Below, piece by piece: positions 37,291-51,032 of a stretch of 64,000 nt of DNA. The position numbers and the translations under genes were made by a program. This stretch comes from Mobula hypostoma. Taxonomy: Eukaryota. The stretch's first letter is position 1; every line of letters begins with the position of its first letter. Below the pieces are notes generated by a model that ran no database searches, was not told the origin of the DNA, and saw only the letters and a program-made list of their open reading frames with translations. The stretch spans positions 21,266,001 to 21,330,000 of the forward strand of contig NC_086108.1 of assembly GCF_963921235.1 (NCBI RefSeq). Reading direction: 5' to 3'.

Positions 37291-38692
37291 AAATCATCCT
37301 TAGTGACAGGTCAGGTACCACAGGATTGGAGGATAGCTTTTTTTTGCTGTTTAAAAAAGGCTCTAAAAATAAACCAGGAAATTATAAGCCAGTGAGCCTA
37401 ACATCAGTAGTGGGAAAGTCATTGGAAGGTATTCTAAGGGACTGGATATGAGTATTTGGATAGATGTGGACTGATTAAGGATAGACAGCGTAGTTTTATG
37501 CATGGTAGATCATGTCTAACCAATCTTATAGAGTTTTTGAGGAAGTTACCAGGAAGGTTGTTGATGGCAAGGCAGGTGGATGTTGTCTACATAGACTTTA
37601 GCAAGATATTTGACAAGATCCTACATAGGGGGCTGATCAAAAAGGTTCAGTCGCTTGGCATTCAAGATGAGGTAGTAAATTGGATTAGACATTGGCTTTG
37701 TGAGAGAAGCAAGAGAGTGGTAGTAGATGGTTGGATCTCTGACTGGAAGCCTATGACTAGTGGAGTGCCGCAGGGATTGGTACTGGGCCCATTGTTGTTT
37801 GTCATCTACATGTGGTCAACTGGGTCAGCAAATTTGCAGATGGCACTAAAATTGGGGGTGTAGTGGACACAAGGAAGACTATCAGAGCTTGCAGTGGAAT
37901 CTGGACCGTTTGGACAAATGGGCTGAAAAATAGCAGATGGAAGTTAATACAGACAAATGTGAGGTGATTGACTTTGGTAGGACCAATCAGGGTAAGTCTT
38001 ACACAGTGAAAGGTAGGACATAATTCATTGAAAGTGGCAGCACAGGTAGATAGGATTGTAAAGAAAGCTTTTGGCACATTGGCCTTCCTAAATCAAAGTA
38101 TTGAGTACAGGAGATGGGGTGTTACATTGAAGTTGTATAGGACATTGGTGAGGCCTAATGTGGAGTATTGTATGCAGTTTTGGTCATCCACCCCTTATAG
38201 GAAAGATGTAAATAAGGTTGAAAGAGTACAGAGAAAATTTACAAGGATGTTGCCAGGACTGGAGAATCTGAGTGAAGGAAAGATTGAATAGGTTAGGACT
38301 ATATTCCTTGGAACATAGAGATTGAGGGGAGATTTGATAGAGGTGTTCAAAATTATGATGGGTATAGATAGGGCAAATGCAAACAGGCTTTTTCCACAGA
38401 GGTTGGGTGAGATTATAACCAGAGGTCATTGGTTAAGGGTGAAAGGAGAAAAGTTTAAGGAGAACATGAGGGGAAACTTCTTCACTCAGAGGGTTGTGTG
38501 AGTGTAAACTGCGCTGCCAGTGCAAGTGGCGCATGCAAGCTCCACTTCAACATTTATGAGAAGTTTGGATAGGTATATGGATGGGAGGGGTATGGAGGGC
38601 TACAGTCCCGGTGCAGATCGATGGGAGTAGGCAGTTTAAGTGGTTTGGCATGGATTAGGCCTATATCTGTGCTGTACATCTCTATGACTCTA
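37291..38692 (+). mobile_element. CR1 LINE 3' portion, decayed
   Basis: SCLTNLIEF, SGVPQGLVLGP, LVRPNVEYCMQFW. Ends TCTATGACTCTA. Confidence 0.9.
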
Positions 38693-38841
38693 AGGGGACA
38701 GCTTACCATCACTTCTCAAGAGCAAGGGTGGGTACTGAACACTAGAAATGACAATTTTGTCCACGTTCTGTAAATGAATAAACCAGGAAAAGTTTTGTGA
38801 TCAATGTAAATATTTCTTCATGAAATTCCAAAGGGAGTGGT

Positions 38842-39642
38842 ATAGAACCATAGAACATTACAGCACAGAAACAGGTCTTTTGGCCCTTCTTGGCTGTGCC
38901 GAACCATTTTTCTGCCTAGTCCCACTGACCTGCACCTGGACCATATCCCTCCATACACCTCTCATCCATGTACCAGTCAAGTTTTTCTTAAATATTAAAA
39001 GTGAGCCCGCATTTACCACTTTATCTGGCAGTTCATTCCACACTCCCACCACTCTCTGTGTAAAGAAGCCCCCCTTGTTGTTCCTTTTAAACTTCTCCCC
39101 CCTCACCCCTAACCCATGTCGTCTGGTTTTTTTCTCCCCTTGCCTCAGTGGAAGAAAGCCTGCTTGCGTTCACTCTATCTATACCCATCATAATTTTATA
39201 TACCTCTATCAAATCTCCCCTCATTCTTCTACGCTCCAGGGAATAAGGTGCTAACCTATTCAACCTTTCTCTGTAACTCAGTTTCTCAAGTACCGGCAAC
39301 ATTCTTGTAAACCTTATCTGCACTCTTCCAACCCTATTAATATCTTTCCTGTAATTAGGTGACCAAAACTGTACACAATACTCCAAATTCGGCCTCACCA
39401 ATGCCTTATACAACCTCACCATAACATTCCAACTCTCATACTCAATACTTGGATTTATAAAGGCCAATGTACCAAAAGCTCTCGTTATGACCCTATCTAC
39501 CTGTGACGCCACTTTTAGGGAATTTTGTATCTGTATTCCCAGAAGCCTCTATTCTACTGCACTCCTCAGTGCCCTACCATTTACCTTGTATGTTCTACCT
39601 TGGTTTGTCCTTCCAAAGTGCAATACCTCACACTTGTCTGTA
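38842..39642 (-). mobile_element. CR1 LINE 3' fragment
   Basis: LVRPNLEYCVQFWSP...LERRRMRGDLIEVYK, with a GTTCTATG-type end. Confidence 0.9.
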
Positions 39643-40205
39643 TAGGGAACATTAATTTTTTTTTCAGAATCCAGACTTCATTCTTTGTTTCATAGACAGT
39701 AAAATTTTGCTGCTGACTTTGTTAAAAGTGTAGCCAACGTTGTGATTGTCAGCAGGTAGGTGTGAGAAGGAGAAGCTAATCCACTCAATTCAAATAAAAA
39801 AAATAACTTTTTATCAGTATTTTCTTGATAAAGAGCTCCTTTTAATTTTGTTAGTTACCTGAATTATCTGGGTTCTAATCACCTTGATATTTGTCAGTGC
39901 TGCAGTTTCAGCTCATTGGTCATCTGCTTCCTTCAACGAGATGGTCAATCAAATTGCTCCTGCATGCAATGAAGAGCGGAGATGAACTGTTTGGAAGACT
40001 GTTACTGATACCATAGTTAGCAATAGCAGTTGCAAATGTCTTACTGCATTCTATCCCTTAGGAATCTTATTAAGTGTGATAAAAATTATGAACACATATG
40101 ATGTAGGGCCTATTAGCCTTTTCTATTACTGTATAATAAATCTGACAATTGAAACTTGAGTCTAATTCTAGTGTAGTATTATTCTCCAGACATTTAAAAT
40201 AAGTA

Positions 40206-40712
40206 CAGTGCTGTGCAAAAGTCTTAGGCGGATATATATAGTTAGGGTACCTGAGACATTTGCATTGTTCTGTAGTAATTTTATGTATTGCGCTGAACCA
40301 CTGCTGCAAAAGAAAAGCAAATTTCATGACATGTAAATGATGATAAACATGTTTCTGATATGGGTCTCTGTTGTAGACAGAGTGGGAAGGAGGCAGGGAG
40401 AGGAGAATCATGGTTGCAAAAAGGGGATGGGAGAGAGAAGCACCAGAAAGGCATTCTGTAATAATCAATAAATGAACTGTTTGGAATCAAATGACCTTGC
40501 CTAGTGTCCCAGGGCTGGGTGTGTCTGCAACCGCACCATCCCCCACCCCAGCACCTCTGCCATCTGTCCCTCACCCCTCCCGTGGCACTCCACTCTGGCC
40601 ATTCCCAACATCTTTCGCTCTCGCCTGATTTACAATCTTGCTCCCCACTCCATGTTGACAAGTACTGTGCAAAAGTCTTAGACACCCTAGCTATATAAAT
40701 GTGCTTTGCACT
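40206..40712. mobile_element. Composite non-autonomous Tc1-type element, copy 2 (opposite orientation to copy 1)
   Basis: CAGTGCTGTGCAAAAGTCTTAG hairpin at about 40206-40272 and a degenerate one at about 40662-40712. Interior homologous to 13820-14165. Confidence 0.75.
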
Positions 40713-41599
40713 TTTTTACACTGTTATTTGTAATTATTTAATATTTTTTAATGTCCTGAAAAAAAGGTTTTATTGCCTGTTTCAAGAAATGAGAACTGAA
40801 ATCTCAGTTATGTTCCTGCATCCAATTAATTCTTCCTTCAACTCTAGCCTTTTACCCATCTGCCATTTTTGCCTTCAAACTGGTTAACAATCCTTCCCTG
40901 TGTTTTTTTAAGTCCTTTTATTAAAAGTAGGCTATTAAACTTGAAGGTAGCGGTATTGTCTCTTCAAATTTAGCCAGGATGATATGGCTACATTTATATT
41001 GATGTAAACAACAATATTGAAGACAATGAAGATGAGGCAGGATACTACAGTGCAAAAGCTGAGGTAATAGATAAATATAATATTGATTTTTTAAAACTGT
41101 TACACTTTATCTGAGCAGTTTACTGTTGTAGTAACCATTTGAAGGCATCAAATTACTGGGAAAAAATTCCTGGTACAATAAATCAAGTCACAATCACGAG
41201 AAAATCTGCAGATGCCGGAAATCCAAAGCAACACACACAAAATGTTGGAGGTCAGGCGGCATCAATATTTTGTGCATGTTGCAATAAATGATATGCTTTC
41301 TTATCTAGGTCCCTAGTTATACTGAATTTTCATAAGCTGGGAATGGTTAAAATAGTTTAGTTAAAAGACAAGCTCTAATCTTAAACACCAGCTGAATCCC
41401 AATAACTGAATACGGCGGGCAAAATTCCTTCTTAAAATTCAGTATCAGTTAAGAGAAAAGGTGGTGAGAATCATTTTTAAAATGTTTGTTTTTATAGAAA
41501 TTTAAAATACATACTGTTTTTCAAAATTTTGTTGTTTACATTTCTGGTAAATTTCAATTAGTTTGGATGACAGTTTTAATGATTTCCTCAATGCAATTT

Positions 41600-42190
41600 C
41601 AAAGTCAAAGTAAATTTATGATCGAAATATCTATAATGTCACCATATACTACCTTGAGATTTATTTTCTTGCAAGCATTTATAGGAAAATAAAGAAATAC
41701 AATCAAGTTTATGAAAAACTATACATAAGCAAAGAATAACAAACAATGTGAAGAAAACAAATAATTTTGAGAACATATGTTGTAGAGTCCTTGAAATGAG
41801 TCCATAGGTTGTGGAATCAGTTCAGTGTTGGGGTTATTCACTCAGGTTCAGGTGCTTGATGGTTGAAGGGTAATAACTGTTTCTGAATCTGGTAGTGTGG
41901 GAACGAAGGCTGCTGTACCTCCTTCCTGATGGCAGCAGTGAGAAGAGAGAATTGCCCGGATGGGTGGGGGGGTTCTTGATGATAGATGCCACTTTCTTGT
42001 GGTAGCGCTCCTTGCAAATGTGCTTTTTAGTAGAGAGGACTCTATGGGGCTGTATCAAGGATTTTCTGTAGACGTTTCTGTTCCTGGGCACTAGTGTTTC
42101 CATGGCAGGCTGTGTTACAACTGGTTAGGATGTTCTCCACTGTGCATGCACAGAAGGTTGTCAAAGTTTTAGAAGACATGCTGAAGTTCA
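41600..42190 (-). mobile_element. Rex1/Babar 3' fragment
   Basis: TVENILTSCNTACHG and FSLLPSGRRYSSLRSHTTRFRNSYYP. Confidence 0.8.
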
Positions 42191-43644
42191 AAGAAATATA
42201 AGATTGTAAACATACTTTAATCACAGCTGAAACCTTTTATTGGAAGTTGTATGTTTAGAAAGTTTCAGATAAATATCCTGCAGCAATATATTACGCTAAC
42301 TGCACAAACATCTTTCTTTGAAATGATACTTTACAATCAACTTATTTTGCTTTTAATAATTGGGCTTTCTGATTAAAAGTCACATATTGAGTTGTAGTAA
42401 TGGGTAACTGGGTTCATTACCTATTTGACTCAATATTTTACATAGATAGACAACTAATATTGTATTATTGTTTCATAATATCATGTTTTACTGTGATACA
42501 ACACATGTATTTTTGAGAGATTGCTAGAGGCACTTCATTGCAAATAAATTCATATATAGACTGAGTTGGACAGAATCTAATGTTAGTCCATTTATAAATT
42601 TGTCTAGTGTGGGCTCAGGTCCTTCAGCCCATGGAATCCACACCAACTTTCAAGCAACAATTTACTCTAATCCCATACAAATCTCATGTTTTTCTCCCCA
42701 CATTTGTGATATACAGAGATAAGTGTATGATCCCATTGCTCACCAACAATTCCAGTAACTTTGTGGCACACTGCTCTTTTGCTCCAAATACTTGTCATGT
42801 TTGTTGAATGAAAATCTTATGCACCTTAATGTTGCAAGGCCAACATGTGTCTGATCACATTGGGCCAGGCAGCTGCCTTTGGCATGGTTGGCAGCCAAAA
42901 GGCAGAGTGACAGGCAAGTTGATCCCCCACACCCTAAAAGTGGAGCGGTCACAACTGGTGAGTAGGCCTGGTGCGTTATCCACAAGCTTCTATTGAACTG
43001 TTCATAAGATGTATAACTAGCTTAAAATATTAAATTAAAAATAATGAACTATTAATTACCAGATATAAAATAAAATGAAGGGAAATAATTCTAAATTTGC
43101 CTCTTTCTACAGTGGCAACACTTCCCATGAAATGAATGTGGTTGTTCTGTTCATAAGCAAGTACTACTTGGTGTAAACCCAGGGGTCAGGTGTGAAGTGA
43201 TCATTTCATCAATGCATTAGTGCTCTTTTGTTGGGATGAACAGCAGGTCCAACAGCATTGTGGAAGTTTCAGATATCCCCACATCTGATTTCCAGCACAT
43301 TGTGTACTTGTGTGTTAGACAAAGCATGCCGGCAAGTCCAAGACACCCTGAGCCGTAACTGGCTGTTAGTCTGTGGCTTTGTAGTGAACTAGTGTTTCAT
43401 ATTCAACTCAATTCCACTGCTCTTTTGTGTAATATAATTATACAGATCAGTGTTGGGCCCTCAGCTATTCAATGTATCTTCTAATGACTGAGATAATGAG
43501 ACAAGCTTGCTGAGAATTTGAAGGTAGGAGGATTGATGAGCAATGGATGAAAATGTGCCAGATAATATGGAGAATGTGAGGCTGTGCACATTGGCAAGAC
43601 AACTAGATATACAATGCTTTTTTTTAAAGAAGCAGGGAACTTTG

Positions 43645-44095
43645 TACAACGCACAAAGTTCCAGAGGAATTCAGGTCTGGCAGCATCGATGAGGGAAATA
43701 ATTAGTCAATGTTTTGGGCTGAGACCCTTCATCAGGACTGGGGAGGAAACCAAAATATGAACAGGGGAGGAGAAGGAGTACAAGCTTGAAGGTGATAGGT
43801 AAAACCAGGTGATGGGGTTGAAGTGAGAATGATGATGATGAGAATGGACGATGATAGTTAGAACATGTAAAGGACTCTGAAAGGGAGGACAGTGGACCAT
43901 GGGAGAAAGGGGAGGAGGATACCAAAGGGAGGTGATGCGTGGATAAGAAGAGAAGTGCTAAGAGGAGAGCCAAAATTAGGAATGGAAAAAGAAAGAAGGG
44001 GAGAGAAATTAGAAGTTAGAGAAATAGATACTCATACCATCAGATTGGAGGCTACCCAGATAGAAAATGAGGCCTTACTCCTCCAATCTGAGAGT
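43645..44095 (-). mobile_element. Penelope-like 3' fragment
   Basis: The - strand reads cagtc-ctgatga-agggtctcagccc-aaaac-att-gact, with a purine-rich arm on +. Confidence 0.75.
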
Positions 44096-44799
44096 GCCCA
44101 AGCCATTAGAAAAGCTTGGGGAGGCTGGGGTAGAAAGGGAAGGAACTCCTCCTAACTTCATGCATGATTTTGATGAGACCTCAATCGCAGTAGTGTGTAC
44201 AGTTTTGTTCTCCAATACAAATGAACTACTTGCTAGAAGTTTGCACATTGAAACTTCACCAAAATGATTTCAAGATGAGGGAGTTGTCCAATGAGATGTT
44301 TGATCTTCACCCACTGGAGTTTTGAAAATGAGAGGTGACACTACATGGGACTATTTAGATAATCAGAATTGTTTCATCCAACCAGACAATCCAGCACTTT
44401 TACTTCTACTTTATACTTTATTGTCACCAAACAACTGATACTAGAGCGTACAATCATCATAGCGATACTTGATTCTGCGCTTCCCGCTCCCTGGATTACA
44501 AATCAATAGTAACAGCGTGCGGTGTAAAGTTTTGTGGTTAGGGCAAGGTTTCAGGAAAAGTCAGTAGACATTTAGGACTGAGATAAGGAGAAATATCCCT
44601 ATGCAGAGGGTATTATGTATATTTTAAATGGAGATTTACAGAATTTGGTTTCCCTGAGTCCACACTGGGCTCAGTAATCTAATCAGGGCCAATAATTACC
44701 TAACATATTTACAGTTCTTCATTTATGGAGTCTTGGCCATCCCATATTTTAATTATTGCATTCCTCTTTCCAGGCTCAGGGGTTAAATCTTTCTTCCAT

Positions 44800-45975
44800 A
44801 AATGCTTTGCGAGGTTGGTTATGACCAGACTGAACTCTTGCCTCAGCAAGGACCTGGACCCACTGCAATTTGCCTATTGTCACAATAGGTCAATGGCAAA
44901 CGCAATCTCCATGGCTCTTCACACTGCTTTAGACCACCTGGACAACACGAACACCTACGTCAGGATGCTGTTCATTGACTATAGCTCAGCATTTAATACC
45001 ATCATTCCCACAATCCTGATTAAGTTGCAAAACCTGGGCCTCTGTACCTCCCTCTGTAATTGGATCCTTGACTTCCTAACCGGAAGCCCACAGTCTGTGT
45101 GGATTGGTGATAACATATCCTCTTTGCTGACGATCAACACTGGCGCACCTCGGGTGTGTGCTTAGCCCACTGCTCTACTCTCTCTATACACATGACTGTG
45201 TGGCTAGGCATAGCTCAAATACCATCTATAAATTTGCTGACGACACAACCATTGTTGGTAGAATCTCAGGTGGTGACGAGAGGGTGTACAGGAGTGAGAT
45301 ATGCCAACTAGTGGAGTGGTGCTGCAGCAACCACCTGGCACTCAACGTCAGTAAGATGAAAGAGCTGATTGTGGACTTCAGGAAGGGTAAGATGAAGGAA
45401 CACATACCAATCCTCAGAGAGAGAACAGAAGTGGTTAGAGCGAGCAGCTTCAAGTTCCTGGGTGTCAAGATCTCTGGTCCCAACACATTGATGTAGTCAT
45501 AAAGAAGGCAAGACAGTGGTAACTTTATTAGGAGTTTGAAGCCATTTGGCATGTCAACAAATACATCAAAAAAACTTCTATAGTTGTACCGTGGAGAGCA
45601 TTCTGACAGGCTGCATCACTGTCTTGTATGGAGGGGCTACTGCACAGGACCGAAAGAAGCTGCAGAAGGTTGTAAATCTAGTCAGCTCCATCTTGGGCAC
45701 TAGTCTACAAAGTACCCAGGACATCTTTAGGGAGCAGTGTCTCAGGAAGGCAGCATCCATTATTAAGGACCCTCCAGCACCCAGGGCATGCCCTTTTCTC
45801 ACCGTTACCATCAGGTAGGAGGTACAGAAGCCTGAAGGCACACACTCAATGATTCAGGAACAGCTTCTTCCACTCTGCCATCTGATTCCTGAATGGAATT
45901 TGAAGTTTTGGACACTACCTCACTTTTTTAAATATACAGTATTTCTGTTTCTGCACATTTTAAAATAATCTATCA
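44800..45975 (+). mobile_element. Rex1/Babar RT 3' portion (its UTR continues at about 47473-47630 after the CR1 insertion)
   Basis: [44 protein letters not shown]. Confidence 0.9.
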
Positions 45976-45982
45976 ATATCTA

Positions 45983-47472
45983 TCAATAGATTCTGGACTA
46001 GTTCCTGAGGATTGGACGGTGGCTAATGTAACCCCACTTTTTAAAAAAGGAGGGAGAGAGAAACCGGGGAATTATAGACCGGTTAGCCTAACGTCGGTGG
46101 TGGGGAAACTGCTGGAGTCAGTTATCAAGGATGTGATAACAGCACATTTGGAAAGCGGTGAAATGATCGGACAAAGTCAGCATGGATTTGTGAAAGGAAA
46201 ATCATGTCTGACGAATCTCATAGAATTTTTTGAGGATGTAACTAGTAGAGTGGATAGGGGAGAACCAGTGGATGTGGTATATTTGGATTTTCAAAAGGCT
46301 TTTGACAAGGTCCCACACAGGAGATTAGTGTGCAAACTTAAAGCACACGGTATTGGGGGTAAGGTATTGGTGTGGGTGGAGAATTGGTTAGCAGACAGGA
46401 AGCAAAGAGTGGGAATAAACGGGACCTTTTCAGAATGGCAGGCGGTGACTAGTGGGGTACCGCAAGGCTCAGTGCTGGGACCCCAGTTGTTTACAATATA
46501 TATTAATGACTTGGATGAGGGAATTAAATGCAGCATCTCCAAGTTTGCGGATGACACGAAGCTGGGTGGCAGTGTTAGCAGTGAGGAGGATGCTAAGAGG
46601 ATGCAGAGTGACTTGGATAGGTTGGGTGAGTGGGCAAACTCATGGCAGATGCAATTTAATGTGGATAAATGTGAAGTTATCCACTTTGGTGGCAAAAATA
46701 GGAAAACAGATTATTATCTGAATGGTGGCTGATTAGGAAAAGGGGAGGTGCAACGAGACCTGGGTGTCATTATACACCAGTCATTGAAAGTGGGCATGCA
46801 GGTACAGCAGGCGGTGAAAAAGGCGAATGGTATGCTGGCATTTATAGCGAGAGGATTCGAGTACAGGAGCAGGGAGGTACTACTGCAGTTGTACAAGGCC
46901 TTGGTGAGACCACACCTGGAGTATTGTGTGCAGTTTTGGTCCCCTAATCTGAGGAAAGACATCTTTGCCATAAAGGGAGTACAAAGAAGGTTCACCAGAT
47001 TGATTCCTGGGATGGCAGGACTTTCATATGAAGAAAGACTGGATGAACTGGGCTTGTACTCATTGGAATTTAGAAGATTGAGGGGGGATCTGATTGAAAC
47101 GTATAAGATCCTAAAGGGATTGGACAGGCTAGATGCAGGAAGATTGATCCCGATGTTGGGGAAGTCCAGAACGAGAGGTCACAGTTTGAGGATAGAGGGG
47201 AAGCCTTTTAGGACCGAGATTAGGAAAAACTTCTTCACACAGAGAGTGGTGAATCTGTGGAATTCTCTGCCACAGGAAACTGTTGAGGCCAGTTCATTGG
47301 CTATGTTTAAGAGGGAGTTAGATATGGCCCTTGTGGCTACAGGAGTCAGGGGGTATGGAGGGAAGGCTGGGGCGGGGTTCTGAGTTGGATGATCAGCCAT
47401 GATCATAATAAATGGCGGTGCAGGCTCGAAGGGCTGAATGGCCTACTCCTGCACCTATTTTCTATGTTTCTA
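45983..47472 (+). mobile_element. Young 5'-truncated CR1 (RT nearly intact, one in-frame stop)
   Basis: ORFs 46019-46732 and 46748-47383 are in the same frame with canonical CR1 RT motifs. Ends TTTCTATGTTTCTA. Confidence 0.95.
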
Positions 47473-48381
47473 TATACTTGATTTAATTGTTTATTTATTA
47501 GTATGTTTTATTTTATTTATTATTATTATTTTTTCTCTCTCTCTGCTAGATTATGTATTGCATTGAACTGCTGCTGCTAAGTTAACAAATTTCATGTCAC
47601 ATGCTGGTGATAATAAACCTGATTCTGATTCTTGGCACCCAAAGAAAGTTCCCCTGCACCCCAGTTTTCGACGAAGCTTTGATCACCTGCAGCACGCCAG
47701 TGTCAAATTTTGTTTGAAAGTACTGTGAAATATTCCAAAGCCTGTGTTAAATTTTATTTTAGAATGTGGAGATCACTGGCAATTTTGTTCATTCCAAATT
47801 ATTTCTGAAGTGCTGTATTACAGCAATGCTGCTGGGGAGGGAATTGAAGATTTTCCATCTAATGACATTGAAGGAGTGAGGATATATTCCCAAGGTACCA
47901 TAGTGAAAGACTGGAAGGAACCCCGCTGGCAGTGGTAGTATACCCATGAACCTGTGGTGCTAGTGCCTTTTGATAGCCGTGGAACATCTTTTCTTTGTGT
48001 GTGAAAGGGGTATTAGTGGCTCAGATTAGAAAGTATATGGAATATTTATAACTTACTTCTTAAATAATATAATTACTCATTGTTTGAAATCACTTACTCA
48101 GAGCTGAAGCTATGACCAGTAAAATCAGGAGAAATTCATTTTTTCCTCACTTCAAACACTCTAGTACAATTGAGTTTGTTCTATGGACTACATACAATTA
48201 ATCAAAGTGGGAAGCTGCAATACACTGAGCGAGAGTCTACTCATATTACATCTGCCAAAACTAAAAGAGAAGCTGAAAGAGTCATAGAAGAGTTATAACA
48301 GATGCATTATTCGTACAAGTGTCCAAAGAATTACCATAGAACAGCAAGACAGATAAATAAATAGAGAAGATAAATAACAAA

Positions 48382-48387
48382 TTTATT
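48382..48387 (-). terminator. Candidate ATF6 polyadenylation signal
   Basis: AATAAA on the - strand followed by U/GU-rich sequence (ttgttatttatcttctc...tgtcttgctgttc). It ends an apparently TE-free stretch of about 1.7 kb after the ATF6 stop. Confidence 0.55.
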
Positions 48388-50117
48388 GGCATACAGAAAT
48401 GTTTGCAATTTCACAATTTTCCAGAAGTAACAAAAAATAACTAATATCACAAAATAAATTATATAAACGAAGAGAGTAGGAACATTGAAAACAGAAGCGC
48501 ATTCTTTAAAATAACTTACAGTCATGAACTGTAAGGGACAAAGAACAAATCCTTAATGTAGCACAGGCTACTATTTTAACAAGCCTGGAGACAGTTGCAA
48601 ATGATGTGGCCTTCACCTCTAAAATAAACGGTGAGATCCTATGGCTTCAATAGTAGCACGTTATCCTTATTGGTGTTCCCTCACACTGGAATGAGACCGG
48701 CCAAATTTGATGATTGGAAGTTCTGGCCACTGTTCAGCACACGGTCGTTTTCAACTCTGCACAAACAGTGATTCTCTTTCAAACATCCCTGGTGCCTGAT
48801 CACAATGTAGCTAAATTCCAGTGAACTGGAATAATTCACAAATAATTGCGGTCTCAGTCATTGATTGCAGAAGGAACACCGAAGAGTAGTCAAGTCTGAA
48901 CACCAAAGTAAATGGTTGACCTAGATCCACAATGCGATGACCAAGAATCCACTAAAATATTCACTGTGCACAGCCATAATAGCCTAGATTTGATTTCTGG
49001 TCAGTGATGAGCCAAATAGTGATGAATAGTGACTACATTGTTTCATCACTGCCAGGATCCAGAGGTCAGAAATTAGCTAGTATGATCTATGCCCACGATC
49101 ACAAATCCAATAAAATACCCGGTAATGAAACATTACATTATGCAGAAAGGAGCTTACGATAGACCACAACTGCCAAACAGCTTGTACTTTGTGTACAGAC
49201 CCGAATGTGAAAAACAAGCTCAATTACATCAGACAAGGTAACAAGGCCTGCAGAGACCAAGCTCATGATAATGGTCATTGATGAGATTAAGGAGAAATAA
49301 TATATTTATATATGAATACACTTTCCAGAAGTTTGTTTCACCCTCACAACTGTGAAGTGAGTTGTTATTTAATCAATGAGTTTATGCAGATTATTAAGCA
49401 AAATTCTTGAATGATCCACAGTTCTGGTATGCACGAAAAAATGCATAGCCCGATGGTGTCAGTGGGTAACATCTTCAGGAAAACACTCACCCAGCAAAAA
49501 TTAACAAGACACCTGCAACAAATCAAAACTGTACAACCACCAAGTTTCCCGTCGGTAAAAGCAATAGGTTTTATAGCTCAAAGAGAAAAAGGCTCTTGTG
49601 ACTTGAAATTTTGGCTCAGTGAGAGGTAGGTTTACCCAAAAATAACTATCTATTAGAAGTTTATTTCAATTGAATTATTTTTTGAGCACTGATATGAACA
49701 TCCATTTTACGCAACAGTTTTGGTTATAAAGCACATTTCAAAACCAAAATTTCATGGTGAACATGTGCTTACTGTGGTAATGGCTTTTTTTTGTAAAGAT
49801 TAAAGATGCTTCAGCCTATTGCTTTTACCTTTTTTGATTCCCTCAAAGCATTTCACCTTTCAAAGCCCATGGCTGCAACAATTCACCAGTAAAATCTATT
49901 CTAAACAAGGTTTTAAACAGGCCAGAATCATAGAGAGTTAGTTTCAAATTAGTTTGATCTGAATTTACATTAAATTAAGTTGAAGAAAAACTTCTATCCA
50001 ATCATCTTATTTTCAAATGCACTGAATGAGTCCTTGGAAACAGTGACCCGCAGAGTCAGTGTACATTCACCTGCAGTGCAGTGGTTTACAGCACAATGTT
50101 CTCAGGTGAGTACCACA

Positions 50118-50359
50118 CTACTGGTAAATGTTGAACTCAGTCCCTTGGGCAGACTCTGTGATGATAGGTGGTGCAGTGTGAGGTGGTGCTGGTGCTGGTG
50201 CTGGTGCTGGCTGTTGATATGCTGCCGTGCGGTTTTCCTGCTGTTCTCGTAGAAAGGCAGGTATCAATGATGTCTTGATGTGAATGACTCTGGTGGCCAT
50301 TACTTCACAATCAATCTGCATCATTACCTCATGATCCTTGGGCTCATTGATAAACTGCT
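50118..50359 (-). CDS. ATF6: ATF6 last coding exon (luminal C-terminus)
   Basis: Acceptor ttttatgtgtttcag|AG. [37 protein letters not shown] matches vertebrate ATF6 [37 protein letters not shown]. TAG at 50118-50120. Convergent with OLFML2B. Confidence 0.93.
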
Positions 50360-50750
50360 CTGAAACACATAAAAGCAGTGGCAAAAATTAGCAAATTTAT
50401 AAAGCGGAATATGCTGCACACTTACAAATGAAAGTATTTATGTTGCCAATGTGAGCTCAATCACTGCTAAGTAACTTCAATTTCATACTGAACACATGGA
50501 ACATCCTTTCATGTACCAACCAGTAGAGCTAGCTTAAACAAATGCTACCAAATTCCAGTTGATTTTCTCAAGTCCTTTTCAATCTCACTTAGCTGCTTGC
50601 TCAGATGGTTGCCAGCTCCAATAATGAGCAAACAACCTGATAACAAGAAAGATGAGTGGTAAAAATAAAAAGGAAACCTAATCCACAAATGAAAAATATA
50701 AATAGAACCAGAAGTCACTTACATTGAGAAAAGGTCGTGACTAGTTAGAG

Positions 50751-51032
50751 GTGTACGGTAACCTTGTGGTTAGCACAACGCTTTACAGCACACGTAATCT
50801 GGGTTCAATTTCCGCTGCTGCTTGTAAGGAGTTTGTACATTCTCCCCATGACTGTGTTGGTTTCCTCTTGGTGCTCTGGTTTTCTCCCATAGTCTAAAGA
50901 TGTACCAGTTAGTAGGTTAATTGGTCATTATAAATTACCCCTCGGATTAAATTAGGGGGTTGCTGGGCAGCATGGCTTGAAGGGTCAGAAGGGCCTATTC
51001 TGCACTGTATGTTAATAAATAAATAAATAAAA
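50751..51032 (+). mobile_element. tRNA-derived V-SINE (HE1-like)
   Basis: Box A/B-like tggttagc and ggttcaatttc. V-domain GGAGTTTGTACATTCTCCCC...TCCCATAGTCTAAAGA. CR1-like 3' end and (AATA)n tail. Confidence 0.8.

Noticed and set aside
42874..42905. Short GC-rich hairpin CTGCCTTTGGC...GCCAAAAGGCAG
   Set aside because: Single short imperfect stem with no supporting context.
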